Shown here piece after piece: positions 1-13,764 of a stretch of DNA of 64,000 nucleotides. Positions within the stretch are counted from its first letter, which is position 1; each line of letters starts with the position of its first letter. Position numbers and translations under genes: made by a program. Under the pieces are notes generated by a model. It saw only the letters and a program-made list of their open reading frames with translations, made no database searches and was not told where the DNA came from. Source of the stretch: Macrostomum lignano (Eukaryota); contig NIVC01000807.1 in the NCBI GenBank assembly GCA_002269645.1, positions 186,001 through 250,000 on the forward strand. Direction: 5' to 3'.

Positions 1-445
1 ATGATGTCTAATCAGCTAATTGCCTATAGTTTCTAATGGACTAATTGCCTATGATGTGTCTAATGGGCTAATTACCTATGATTTGTCTAATGGGCTAATT
101 GCCTATGATTTCTAATGGGCTAATTGATTATGATACGTCCAATGGGTAATTAGCTAATGGGCTAATTGTCTATGATCTGTCTAATGGGCTAATTGTCTAT
201 GATCTGTCTAATGGGCTAATTGTCTATGATCTGTCTAATGGGCTAATTGTCTATGATCTGTCTAATGGGCTAATTGTCTATGATCTGTCTAATGGGCTAA
301 TTGTCTATGATCTGTCTAATGGGCTAATTGTCTATGATCTGTCTAATGGGCTAATTGTCTATGATCTGTCTAATGGGCTAATTGTCTATGATCTGTCTAA
401 TGGGCTAATTGTCTATGATCTGTCTAATGGCCTAATAGCCGATAA
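1..445. repeat. 27-bp minisatellite (gtctatgatctgtctaatgggctaatt)n
   Basis: About 10 exact units from about 166-430, with degenerate flanks; truncated by the window start. Confidence 0.95.
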
Positions 446-1487
446 ATATTTATGGCTAACTGACTACTTTTCAGTGCTACGTCTGTATCTGCCTGTTTAA
501 CTGAAACTCTAACCAATAAAACAAACTTCTCAATCGTGAGTAGCAGTTGATGTCGCCCGCTTCCCTGCGGTCCACTTGCTACTATTTCATTGTGCATAAT
601 TTAACGTGTGAATTTCGTGTTCCTCTTGTCCCCAAAATGATCTTTAGTAAAAAACTGAGAAAGACTAATGGAGTCCACAGGCAACTTTGCTATCATAAAT
701 AATTTACAGGCTCCAGACACTGAAACTGACATTCTGACTTTGTCATTATCGCATCTTTTGTCAACTTAATGCTGTTTCTTGATGAAGTACTTCCTAAGCA
801 TTTCCGAGAATACAACTGAGCATTCTCTTTCTTTTATTCTCTGCCTACAAGCTACGAGCGTAGTTTTACGTCAGCAACTTTGGCTGACCAGCAAGAGCAG
901 TCTTGTCTGGGGTTCCTTCTGTTCTGACTCAAGTCCTGACCCAGAAACTGCATCCTGTTCTCAGTATGGATGGCCAACCCCCCCAGAGCTCGCTCCACCC
1001 GAGCTTATGAAATTATCCCCAAGTCCCAAGTCCAATCGCCTTTTTCAGTTGAGAGAATTTTAGCCTCGATAAAACCTAATTATGCTTGCGAGCTGGCTTG
1101 GTCCTGTCGGCTAATTAGAGAGAGAGGAGAGAGAGTTGTGCAGGACAGTCGCGGGCTCGAATCCTGAGTCCCTTTGGGATGGCCCATTGTCGTTCAATTT
1201 TAAAGCGACCTCCGTATGAGCGTACTGTGATGTGTCAAGCAAGGGGTTGCCAGCCATGCTGAATATTTTCTTGTCATTATCTCGATGGCTAATTTTCTTG
1301 GGACACGCCCTTCCGCATGCGAAAGTCAATCAACACTCTCGGGGAGGTTAATTGCTGATCGCTAATTGGTTCGACTGTCTCGGGTCATGTGGGCGGCGCG
1401 TTTGTTTCAGGGTTGACCAAATAATCGATTCTCGAAGTTTTTCTTGTGAGTTAGCTAATGTTCTGCTGATTAAGAATATGAGCTCAA

Positions 1488-2010
1488 TGGGAATTGCTCA
1501 GATGGCCGATGACTCAAGAGAGGAATTGCTCAGATGGCCGATGACTCAAGAGAGGAATTGCTCAGATGGCCGATGACTCAAGAGAGGAATTGCTCAGATG
1601 GCCGATGACTCAAGAGAGGAATTGCTCAGATGGCCGATGACTCAGGAGGGAATTGCTCAGATGGCCGATGACTCAGGAGAGGAATTGCTCAGATGGCCGA
1701 TGAATCAGGAGGGGAATTGCTCAGATGGCCGATGACTCAAGAGAGGAATTGCTCAGATGGCCGATGAATCAGGAGGGGAATTGCTCAGATGACCTATGAC
1801 TCAAGAGGGGAATTGCTCAGATGGCTGATGACTCAAGAGGGGAATTGCTCAGATAACTTGATGACTCAGGAAGGGAATTGCTCAGATGACCTATGACTCA
1901 AGAGGGGAATTGCTCAGATGACCTATGGCTCAAGAGGGGAATTGCTCAAATGGCCAATGACTCAAAAGGGGAATTACTCAGATGACCAATGACTGAAGAA
2001 GGGAATTGCT
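1488..2010. repeat. 32-bp minisatellite (ggaattgctcagatggccgatgactcaagaga)n
   Basis: About 16 units visible directly. Confidence 0.95.
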
Positions 2011-3925
2011 AAAAAAATTCTGAGTTATTTATAATAAGCTATTGATGGATAATTTTTTGCTCAGTTAGGCAAATTTCAATTTTTTAAAGTCTGCAAATTC
2101 AGATCTGCATCTCGATGAGTGATGTGGAAGAGCTTGCAGTGCTCTCTGAAAGCCAGAGTCCTGCTTGCAGGAAGTCGGAAAGTTGTAAATTATGGAGAGC
2201 ACGAGCAGCCGACAAAAGCTCTGAAAAACATGAGCGGTAAGAATCATAGAGAACTCAATAGCCAAAAAATGGGATTGGAAGCCCCACTATTTCACTGGCT
2301 TTGGGATTCTTCTATTCTTCATATTTTCCTAGGATGAAGAGGCCAAAGTGAGGCTGGAGAAAGAGAGGGAGCTCGCAAGGAAAGGAAGGGATTTTGCTTG
2401 GCAAAGACGGTTCCACCTTGCTGTAGTTGAGAGGGAACAGGAGCGGGTCGGTCGTAAGAGACGCCGCTACCCTTTTCAATTTGGCAAAGGGGCAGCAGAG
2501 CCGGGCCTTGCCAAAGCCCCAAAGAAGCCGCCCCATCCTCCGTCAGACACGCATTTTAATATCCGGTGGTTGCGGGGGGCTGACTTTTTTGAGCAGCTTG
2601 AGCAGAGAGAGAGAGACATGGGTGTGGGGTGTGGCGGTGGGCGGGGCCAGCGTTTAGGTGGCCATCAATAGGCAAAAGGCCTCGAACTCGGAGTGTAAAA
2701 AAAGTGGCTCATAGTGCTCAACACCTCGCTCACACACACACACAAAAACTCTGAGCAACCTCCTCAAATCTGTGCGTCCGGAAGAACTCAGCAAAAAATG
2801 AGGAGAGAAAATTACTCTGAGATACAAAGAAACTCTCTCAGTCGTCGTGTGCGCGTGTCAGTCGTTTCTCGATTTCTGCCGCTTCTGAGGCTGCTAGCAT
2901 GCGGCAATCATTTCCTGTCGACTCAGTCCAACTCCCCTCTCTCTGCCGCTCCCAAATAAATGCTCACGCAGCTTTTATGCGCTTTTTCCTTCCTCTTGCA
3001 TGCGTAAATTATTGGAGGTTGTAAAACACTGATTATATTAGGCAAGGTGCCGTCGTTAAAGAAGCCGCATTGGAAGGCCTTGCGAGTTCCATTAAGTCCG
3101 TAATTAATTCTACCAATTTGGCAAATTCCAACAAAATTTGTGCTTGCTGGCTGATAAACATTAAATCTGCGGTTTTTGCCATCTTGCCCAATTTCCTCTC
3201 GATCTGAGGATCCGAAATTTATGGCACACTGAGTTACTTAGATTTCAGGACTGCAGCATTGAAGCATTGTTGCCAAACTTGAAATAAACAATCTGAGGTA
3301 CTAAATGTGGAATAGATAAACTGATAACAATGCCCCACTGCAGGACTCGCTGAAGGGATGACATAAAAGGCCAGTAATCTCTCACTGAAACCTTTGGCTC
3401 TGGAGCAGGTGAAGCGTACTAAACTTACTCGAAAATGGGGAAACTGCACCATCAATTCCAACTTCAAACAGGAGCTTCAGTAACAGAGGCCAATAGTTAC
3501 ACCGAGCTCAGAAACAGAGGCCAATAGTTACACCGAGCTCAGAAACAGAGGGCCGCATCAGGATTCCGGATATTGCCAGGTAAGCCTAAGGACCGCCACC
3601 CACCCACCCCCCCCCCTTAGTTAAATTTTTAATGACACCATCACCCGCTTAGCCTGAAAAGTGGTGGGAAACTTTTCCCATTCCATTGTTAAGTCCGAGA
3701 GCCCGGGGAGCACTCAATTTCACACTTAAACCTTGAGTATGCTCAGCTCGATAATTGCTCGGGCAAACAAACGCACAGGCTGATCGATCGATTTTGGCAC
3801 CCAAGGAGACAAAATTAAATTATTACCAGAAAATTTAGTGTTAGATTCAATTTTAACAATATTATCGCAGTAATACGAGCGTACAACAAATTTGCTATAA
3901 CATCTGATTGTGAACCAGGTAGAAA

Positions 3926-4420
3926 CCGTGAAGTTTCGGAGTTGTGAAGCTTTGGAGTTGTGAAGCTTCGGAGTTGTGAAGCTTCGGATTGTGAAGCTTC
4001 AAAGTTGTGTGAAGCTTCGGATTGTAAAGCTTCAAAGTTGTGTGAAGCTTCGGAGTTGTGAAGCTTCGGATTGTGAAGCTTCAAAGTTGTGTGAAGCTTC
4101 GGAGTTGTGAAGCTTCGGATTGTGAAGCTTCAAAGTTGTGTGAAGCTTCGGATTGTAAAGCTTCAAAGTTGTGTGAAGCTTCGGAGTTGTGAAGCTTCGG
4201 ATTGTGAAGCTTCAAAGTTGTGTGAAGTTTCGGAGTTGTGAAGCTTTTGAGTTGGGAAGTTTCGGAGTTGGGAAGCTTTGGGTTGTAAAGTTTCGGATTT
4301 TTGTATTTTCGGAATTGTGAAGCTTCGGAGTTGTGAAGAGTTGTGAAGTTTCGGAATTGTGAAGCTTTGGAGTTGTGAAGAGCTATGAAGTTTTGGAATT
4401 GTAAAGCTTCGAGCTTTAGA
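3926..4420. repeat. About 16/17-bp composite minisatellite (gtgaagcttcggagtt / gtgaagcttcaaagttgt)
   Basis: Directly visible; degenerate 3' end. Confidence 0.9.
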
Positions 4421-5294
4421 AACTTGGGATTTTTCCCGAACGGATTATCTTAATTCTGGTGCTCATCGGCGAGGCTAATCCTTAGGCAAGTTGCTGAGCA
4501 CGTGTTGGGTTAAAAGTGAAAACTAAACATAGCAAAACCAACACAAAACAGACGGCAGTGGTAATTTAATAATTATCGTTAATCCTGCTGAGCCTTTATC
4601 GGCATTGGATAAAATATTGCTCATTTAGTAATTTGCCTGTACAGGTGCTAATGTCGTCGCAGATCCCCATCTCAAGTTGCTCCATTATCCCAGATGTAGG
4701 GCGGGAAGAAGAGAGCAGCCACGTGAGCGGCCGGCTTAGAAAGCAGCTTTCAGCCCAGTGTCAGATTAGCGTCATTGAATTTTGCACCCAGCTCTCCATT
4801 CCTTCCTGATCATCCCCTGAGCTCCCATGCAGACTCGCCTTTCGTCCGACTCCGCCTGTCTTTTTACGATGCAGAGCTTCGGTGCTCAGTTTTAATGCCT
4901 GAACCTGCAGTGCAAATCCACAGGAGGGAATCAGCCTGCCTCCCCCCACCAGTCCCCAGTGGACTGGATTTTACTATCTATCCAGCTTCCTCCCTTAGCG
5001 TTTTGTCTTCTTCATCAACTCTCTCACTGTCTGTCTCTGGGAAAATAGTTAGCGTGAAATTGAAAGCCGCATTCTGCGGCCGGCCATTCGGTGGGGGGGG
5101 GGCTCTAAAAATGTTTCTATCTACTCAATAATTCATACCCACTCGAGGGGAGACGGATGGATGATGTATAAGACAAAAGAGCGGGTTGGAGTAGAGATTC
5201 AGAGGGTGGAGATGCGGATGGTGAGAGGTCAGCCTTATTGCGACAAAATAGGAGTGGCCTGGCTGCAGTATCTACACAGCGTCTTCTTCTAAGA

Positions 5295-6038
5295 CAGGGT
5301 CGGCAAACTTTTTTACCTCAAGGCCCAGATAGAGAATAGGAGTGACCAGAGGAGAGGAGAGGGGAGGAGAGGAGCGGAGAGGAGAGGAGAGGAGAGGAGA
5401 GGGAGGAGAGGAGAGAGGAGGGGAGGAGCGGAGAGGGGAGGAGAGGAGAGGAGAGGAGAGGAGAGGGGAGGAGAGGAGAGGGAGGAGAGGAGAGGGGAGA
5501 GAGGAGAGGGGAGAGAGGAGAGGGAGGAGAGGAGAGGGGAGACAGGAGAGGGGAGAGAGGAGAGGGGAGGGGAGGAGCGGAGAGGGGAGGAGAGGAGAGG
5601 AGAGGAGAGGAGAGGAGAGAGGAGGGGAGGAGAGGGGAGGGGAGGAGCGGAGAGGGGAGGAGAGAGAGAGGGGAGAGAGGAGAGGGGAGAGAGGAGAGGG
5701 GAGAGAGGAGAGGGGAGACAGGAGAGGGAGAGAGGAGAGGGGAGGAGAGGAGAGGGGAGAGGAGGAGAGGGGAGGAGAGGAGAGGGGAGAGAGAGGGGAG
5801 AGAGGAGAGGGGAGGAGAGGAGAGGAGAGGAGCGGAGAAGGGAGGAGAGGAGAGAGGAGAGGGGAGAGAGGAGAGAGGAGAGAGGAGAGGGGAGAGAGGA
5901 GAGAAAAAATAGGGGAGATTAGAGAGAAGAGGGCTGAGAACAGACAAACCTTGAGCGGGCCGGATTGCTATTGTGAAGTTTCAAAGGACCCGAGGGCCGC
6001 ATAGAGACGCTTCGCGGGCCGGAGTTTGCCGTACCCTG
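5295..6038 (+). mobile_element. hAT(Charlie-like) non-autonomous MITE containing a GA-rich array
   Basis: TIRs cagggtcggcaaact / agtttgccgtaccctg. Flanks ttctaaga / ttctaggg resemble an 8-bp NTCTAGAN-type TSD. Confidence 0.75.
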
Positions 6039-6699
6039 TTCTAGGGAACTTGCATTGAAGCAAACTGACTTGCCAATATAGATATATGAGCAATGAGGGT
6101 TTGTGTTCCAGGTGTGAGACAGTTCGCATTCAATAGCTGCACGCGGTTTAACTCATGCGAAGATATCTGATATGCCCTGGCGCACTTTCTCCAGAGACAG
6201 CAATTTAATAGTTACACACCTTCATAGTTACGCCGTGAATAAGTTTCTTGCGTGACTGGCGGACCGAGAACGCGAGTGAAAGCGAGTAGTGAGCTTACTG
6301 TATATCTGACTGCATATCAACCTAGGCATGCAGCTCGTATCATTATTCAATTCGCCCTGCAGAAGAAGAAGCCAAAAAACAGCACCTGCGGGAGCGCCGA
6401 GGCGGAGCTCAACTGCAATTGTTGGGGAGAGAGAGAGAGAGACGATGAAAAACAACAAAACAAAACGATGAAATGAGAAAATCTATTTCGGTACAATCGC
6501 TCTGAATATCAGCTGCAATTATTATCATACTGTGATGAGCGACAGCGGACGCGCTGTGGGTCTCCGCGTTCTAGAGGTTGATATTCTCAATTCACTGAAT
6601 GCGGGCAAAAGCATTGGGAGAATTGGAACTGTGTAGAGGACGGTAGCTCCGGTACTGGGGAGGCAGGGAGCCATGGGGTGAATTGACTGAAGGCGGAGG

Positions 6700-8480
6700 A
6701 GTGGAGAGGGGAGAGATGAGGAGGAAGAAAGAAGGAGAGGTGAGAGAAGGAAGGAAGGAGAGAGAAGAAGGGGAGAGAGAGGAGGAGAGAGAGGAGTGGA
6801 GAGAGAGAAGGAGGGGGAAAGATTGGTAGGGGAGAGATTGGGAGGGGAGAGATTGGGAGGGAAGAGATTGGGAGAAGAGAGATTGGGAGGGAAGGGATTG
6901 GGAGAAGAGAGATTGGGAGGGAAGGGATTGGGAGGGGAGAGATTGGAAGGGAAGAGATTGGGAGGGGAGAGATTGGGAGGGGAGAGATTGAGAGGGAAGA
7001 GATTGGGAGGGGAGAGATTGAGAGGGAAGAGATTGGGAGGGGAGAGATCGGTAGGGAAGAGATTGGGAGGGGGAAAGATTGGTAGGGGAGAGATTGGGAG
7101 GGAAGAGATTGGGAGGGAAGAGATTGGTAGGGGAGAGATTGGGAGGGGAGAGATTGGGAGGGAAGAGATTGGGAGGGAAGAGATTGGGAGGGGAGAGATT
7201 GGGAGGGAAGAGATTGGGAGGGAAGAGATTGGGAGGGAAGAGATTGGGAGGGAGAGATTGGGAGGGAAGAGATTGGGAGGGGAGAGATTGGGAGGGAAGA
7301 GATTGGGAGGGGAGATTGGGAGGGGAGAGATTGGTAGGGGAGAGATTGGGAGGGGAGAGATTGGGAGGGAAGAGATTGGGAGGGGAGAGATTGGGAGGGG
7401 AGAGATTGGGAGGGGAGAGATTGGGAGGGAAGAGATTGGGAGGGAAGAGATTGGGAGGGAAGAGATTGGGAGGGAAGAGATTGGGAGGGAAGAGATTGGG
7501 AGGGAAGAGATTGGGAGGGGAGAGATTGGGAGGGGAGAGATTGGGAGGGGAGAGATTGGGAGGGAAGAGATTGGGAGGGGAGAGATTGGGAGGGAAGAGA
7601 TTGGGAGGGAAGAGATTGGGAGGGGAGAGATTGGGAGGGAAGAGATTGGGAGGGAAGAGATTGGGAGGGAAGAGATTGGGAGGGAAGAGATTGGGAGGGA
7701 AGAGATTGGGAGGGAAGAGATTGGGAGGGAAGAGATTGGGAGGGAGAGATTGGGAGGGGAGAGATTGGGAGGGAAGAGATTGGGAGGGAAGAGATTGGGA
7801 GGGAAGAGATTGGGAGGGGAGAGATTGGGAGGGAAGAGATTGGGAGGGGAGAGATTGGGAGGGAAGAGATTGGGAGGGGAGAGATTGGGAGGGGAGAGAT
7901 TGGTAGGGGAGAGATTGGGAGGGAAGAGATTGGGAGGGGAGAGATTGGGAGGGGAGAGATTGGTAGGGGAGAGATTGGTAGGGGAGAGATTGGGAGGGAA
8001 GAGATTGGGAGGGAAGAGATTGGGAGGGGAGAGATTGGGAGGGAAGAGATTGGGCGGGGAGAGATTGGGAGGAAGAGATTGGGAGGGAAGAGATTGGGAG
8101 GGAAGAGATTGGGAGGGAAGAGATTGGGAGGGAAGAGATTGGGAGGGAAGAGATTGGGAGGGGAGAGATTGGTAGGGGAGAGATTGGTAGGGGAGAGATT
8201 GGGAGGGAAGAGATTGGGAGGGAAGAGATTGGGAGGGGAGAGATTGGGAGGGAAGAGATTGGGCGGGGAGAGATTGGGAGGGAAGAGATTGGGAGGGAAG
8301 AGATTGGGAGGGAAGAGATTGGGAGGGGAGAGATTGGGGGGAAGAGATTGGGAGGGGAGAGATTGGGAGGGGAGAGATTGGGAGGGAAGAGATTGGGAGG
8401 GGAGAGATTGGGAGGGAAGAGATTGGGAGGGAAGAGATTGGGAGGGGAGAGATTGGGAGGGAAGAGATTGGGAGGGAAGA
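6700..8480. repeat. Purine-rich 15-bp minisatellite (gggagggaagagatt / gggaggggagagatt)n preceded by a GA-rich stretch
   Basis: More than 100 units; source of the spurious ORFs 6796-8489. Confidence 0.97.
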
Positions 8481-10251
8481 GTTTTCTAAGAGAATAGACT
8501 AGGTGACTCCAGTGGAGAAAATGCAGGTGCGCAACTGGAACAATAAGTGAGTAGCGGGGTCGCAGACATAGAAAGGGACCCTAGAAACAGAGAGGGATAG
8601 TGGAAGAGCGTGCAGAAGAGAAAAGACACCGGACACCCTCTGCAGACGTCTCCGCCCGCCCGAACTGCCTGAGGAACCGAGGGTTCTATTCCAAGGCAAA
8701 CTTGAAACTGGAGAACACAAGACGGGACACCAGAGACGGCATTGCATGTCTGTGGGCATTCGGTCACGTGCCACCGCTTGCGCCCTATTTAAAACGCACA
8801 TCCTTCTCAATGCTTTTCTATGCCTAAATATATTCTCTTTATACGAGCTACTCTGTTCATAGAAAGCAAATTGCCGCAGCAGTGACTTTGCATAATGAGC
8901 AGAATTCATGCATTCAATTCCGAAGCAGAAGTGGTGTACACGAAGACAAAGAAAAGAATATGAAGGCGAGAATACAGCTTGTAAACAGCTTAAACTAATA
9001 GGTCCGTCAACGATCGTCAGGTAAAGAGATGAGAAGTGGAAGGAGCGAAATGCCCCTAGATCGTTTCTCATTGGTTGACAGGCTTGACCAATCAGAAGCT
9101 CCCTCCATCGACGCAGATATACGCTATAGATTGGAGAAGTGTCGCTGAAATAAGCGAGGCTTATTAGGGACACTGGTGGACCTTGGTTTGAACAAAAAAC
9201 CAGTTAGATTGACTAGTCTAGCAATCTATTTGCGACAGCTCAGCTTACAGAGTGAGTTCGACTTTCGACTGCAAGATCCACACGACCGTCAAATTAAAAA
9301 ATAGCATCTGTGAGGTGAGTCTCAATCAGCAAGCTCATACTAAAACTTGTAATAAAAATAGTAAAATTCAATAGCAATGATAGAATCATTTTATTCTAGC
9401 TGGTAGACATAAAACACGCCCAGGCTGCAACAGGGAAAGGCACTAGTTTTAACAAATACATGCAGCCTAAGCTTTGCAGCTTCCATAGTTGCCAAGGTGC
9501 CCCCCGCTGCTGTTTGGTATGGTGAGGGAGGGGCTGCTGCTGGTGGAAGTCACCGGCCTGGGCCGTTGCAGGGGTTCCGATCCCGCAACCAGATAAACCG
9601 GAGCCTGCGCCCGCTTTGGGGAACTGTTCTCTGTGGGTGTTTGGGCGGTGTGTGTGTGTGTGAGTGTAAAGAATTGTTTTTACTGGCTACAAAGTCTGAA
9701 TTGAGTAGCAATGAGCTGCCTGAACTGCCTCATATCGGCCTCTCATCGCACTACCGCCACAGGGCGCCAGCTCTAATGTGAGCTATAAGGCCTGGAGTCC
9801 TCCAGCTCCACCTTCCACTTCTCAACCAGGAAAAAACGCATGAATATTGAATGACTTTCGCGGATGGAGCTGGACTGGGATGGGGAGAGGAAGCTGGGGG
9901 GAAATTCCTCTGCTGGTCGTATGCGTTTCCTCCTCACCATAACCGCAACAATAACAGTTGCGCAATTTCCTACGAGCAACTGTCAGTCAACTCCTAGAAG
10001 CAGATTTTGGGTTATAATATTGGCTTTGAAACACGTGGATCGTGTAAGCCTTGTTTTCGGTTCTCATTTTGATTCTCAACTCTCATTTTCATGACGCAGG
10101 TGGATCGGCCCCACCGACTCACTTTTGAATATATTTTAGTCTAAAAATTGTTTCTGCTCAGGTGAGTCGGTATACTAAACAGTAGAAATGTGTATCAAAT
10201 ACTCACCTTTGCTACTTCGAAGCCATCGAATATTCGCTAACAGTTCGCTAA

Positions 10252-10612
<361 letters not shown>

Positions 10613-11747
10613 GCGTCGCTTACCCATTTCGGAGTACTCTCTAACTGACATCGGCTTAAGAGAAGTGCGGGCTACTCAACTTTGCCAGTTGCTAGGGCCT
10701 TTAGGCGCTTTAATCTTCGCTGCATTATTCCTGCACTTTGAAGCGGAAATCCCCAGTCGGCTTGTTGAAAAAATATCTATCATAAATGCGGTCCATTAGC
10801 TTTCGCCCGCGGGCCCTGCGTGGAGAACCCAGAGGTCCATCAACTTGTCGGAGAGAGTTGATTCGCCATTCTGATTGCGCAGCGTTGCTAAGGCCGATCT
10901 CCCGCAGTTTCTGAGGCACGAATTTTAAGCTGGCAACTCTCGTCTATCTTAGGGCAAGTGTCTCTATCACCCGCGTCCCCGCCTCCACAGCCTCTCAGCA
11001 GGGATTGAGCAACCGTGAATGAGCAGCTGCGTTAATTGGCCAATGTCTCAGGTTCTGTTTGTCAGCGGCCAATAGCTGGATATAAGTTTGCTCAGATGTG
11101 GCTGCTCAGGCTCGGGCCCGGTCAGTGCTGAGTTGAGACATATCGGCGCTGTGGAATCGGCATGTTTACGCAGGGGGGAGGGGAATTTTGAAAGCTTGAA
11201 TGATGAAGCAGCAGGGGGGGGGGTGGAGGAGAAACCTTCGAACCCTGAGCCGCTTCGATTAACTCTCTTCGTGGGAGAATTATCCCTTGCCAGGCCACCG
11301 AGAGCCTGAGCAAAATCCCGTAGGATAACACTGTGGCAATCAAGATGAGAAGAGCCAGTCGGGCAAACGGGGGGGAGTAAAACTGGCGTGTAGGATATAA
11401 TTATTTCTGGGCAGAGCAAATTATGACGTAACTGTACAAAGCCAGGGAGCTTTGGAGAGGACGTTTTTCCTCTTTACTTCTCAATTTCTATTTGCCACGG
11501 GTTCAAGTGAGTCGTGGGAGAAAAAAACTTTTTTTTGGTTGAGAAAATAATTTCTATATCAGAATGAATTTCAAAGAGAACGGCTCGCGGTTCGCAGTGG
11601 GTGGTGGTGAGGGATGGTGGTTGCGGAGAATGCTTTTTTGGGCTATTAGTTAACCGAAGCAGAGAATTTAATGGATATTCTAGTATTGAATAGTATATGG
11701 GATGGCTACAGCGTCTAAATATTAGTTCCAGATTGGTTCCCGCGTTA

Positions 11748-12174
11748 ATAGATTGGTTCCAGCATCTATAGATGCATCTATAGATTGTTTCACGCATCTA
11801 TAGATTGGTTCCCGCATCTATAGATTGGTTCCCGCATCTATAGATTGGTTCCCGCATCTATAGATTGGTTCCCGCATCTATAGACTGGTTCCCGCATCTA
11901 TAGATTGGTTCCCGCATCTATAGATTGGTTCCCGCATCTATAGATTGGTTCCCGCATCTATAGATTGGTTCCCGCATCTATAGATTGGTTCCCGCATCTA
12001 TAGATTGGTTCCCGCATCTATAGATTGGTTCCCGCATCTATAGATTGGTTCCCGCATCTATAGACTGGTTCCCGCATCTATAGATTGGTTCCCGCATCTA
12101 TAGATTGGTTCCCGCATCTATAGATTGGTTCCCGCATCTATAGATTGGTTCCCGCATCTATAGATTGGTTCCCG
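11748..12174. repeat. 20-bp minisatellite (gattggttcccgcatctata)n
   Basis: About 20 near-identical units. Confidence 0.97.
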
Positions 12175-13764
12175 AGTGGATTTTGCTTCTGTAAATTGGG
12201 AAACATTCGGCAGGTTCCAACAGCCTCATTTTCCCCAGGAATTAATTACTCCGAAAACACAAAAACAACACCTGATTTTCCTAGTCAGTCCAATTTCCCT
12301 TTTCCCTTCCCTTCTCATCCCGGAGCGTGACGCTGGGATTTCGCTGCCCCAAATCGCTAAGCTGAATTTAATCTGGCCTCTGCAGAAGAAGTTCCCAGCT
12401 GCGCCTAGCGGCAGAAAGCCAATTAAAAAAAGACGCAGTTCTCCTGTTAATGAGACGCGACGAAACAGCTTTCCCAATCCCAATTCCCTCCAGACACGAT
12501 GCATTGCTGCACTATTATTCTATAACAGCAGTTTCCTCCAAATACCAGCTTTTTCTTGCTTCATTTTTTATTTCCTTCGCGATATCGGCAGATGATTATC
12601 AGAGGCCTCGAGGGTTCAGCAGATTGATGCTCTAGAGCGAGGATAATGGCTTGTGGTTCGCGTACATATTTGTTAACATGCTTTTTGATATGAATGAACG
12701 GCTGCATTTTGCTGAGCCAAAGCCGTCCCCTCCGATGTTAAACACCATGGAGAATTTGATCAGATCCCCTGGCGTTGAAACTGGTCTGCACAAAGGGGAC
12801 AAGAAGGAAGAAGGCATGGGTGGGGGGCCAAAAAAGGTATTGCTGGATGGGGCAGAGCCTGGGAGGCAGTCCTGATTGACTTCCTGATCGCTGTCCTGTC
12901 CGCCTCTCATGTCAAAGCGGATCGGTGAGCCCTCAAGCATGTTGCCCTCAGACAGTCTCCCTGCCTAACTGCTCAACCCTTCATTGCCTGCTCAAATTTT
13001 CTCCTTCATCAAGTTTTACGGGGCAAAAGCCCGGAGGTTCACCCTGCAATCTTATTATATTAAAATAGTGAATTCTTTCGGCGGAAAAAGGCGACCCCCC
13101 TCCCCCCTGACTCGCTTTGACATGCGGTCGCTGGCAGGTAACAATTATTATTGATTTGACTTTTCACGCAAGGCAAAACTAAAAATAGACCCTTTCAATC
13201 AAGCAATAATTATCTTTGTGGAAATTTTAATTCATCCTTTCATCCGTCTTGCTTCTGGAAGACAAAAGATTGCGGCAGGTCAAAGGTTATAGCGAGCAGT
13301 CGGTTAGTTGACCTCGCAGAATTCTATATTTTTATAATTTCCGCAGTTCTGCAGTTCTGGGCCGACTACAGGCACTTGTTGGGAATTATTGGGATAAACT
13401 CCCACTAGGGTTGAAAGTGAGGAACAGCAAATAAAACTCGCAGCGATCAATCAAATCGCTTGTCTGATCGCGGTTGGGGTTCGAGCCCGGAGCAGAACTC
13501 AAGCTAGCTATGAATTGCTGCCGAGATTTCTTCTCCATCTACTAGCAGAAGCAAGCGGTGGTGACGTAATCATTTCGCAGCTTGCCCGGGTGATGAAGTA
13601 TTATAGCGTAGTAGTTGAAGAAGCTGCAACGCCCAATTGAGTCAGCGATCGCTGCCAGAGACCCTCGATAAAAATCTGTGGCTTTCTGCATTCCATCTTT
13701 GTCCAGTTCTCACTTCTACTGTGTGTTAATCATAGCTTTGAAACTGCACTGCTCTGCGCTTCTT

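Noticed and set aside
5318-8489. Long ORFs (209-459 aa) with ERRGE / ERLGGK / GRDWE repeats
   Set aside because: They are translations of GA-rich arrays that lack stop codons in several frames; no splice or domain support.
8499-9173. 224-aa non-repetitive minus-strand ORF
   Set aside because: Non-ATG start, no recognisable domain or coding-like composition; about what chance could produce in 64 kb. It may be TE-derived, but this is unsupported.
11038-11126. CCAAT + TATAAG + Inr-like candidate protocadherin promoter
   Set aside because: TATA-to-Inr spacing is not canonical, and no linked first exon could be defined from sequence alone.
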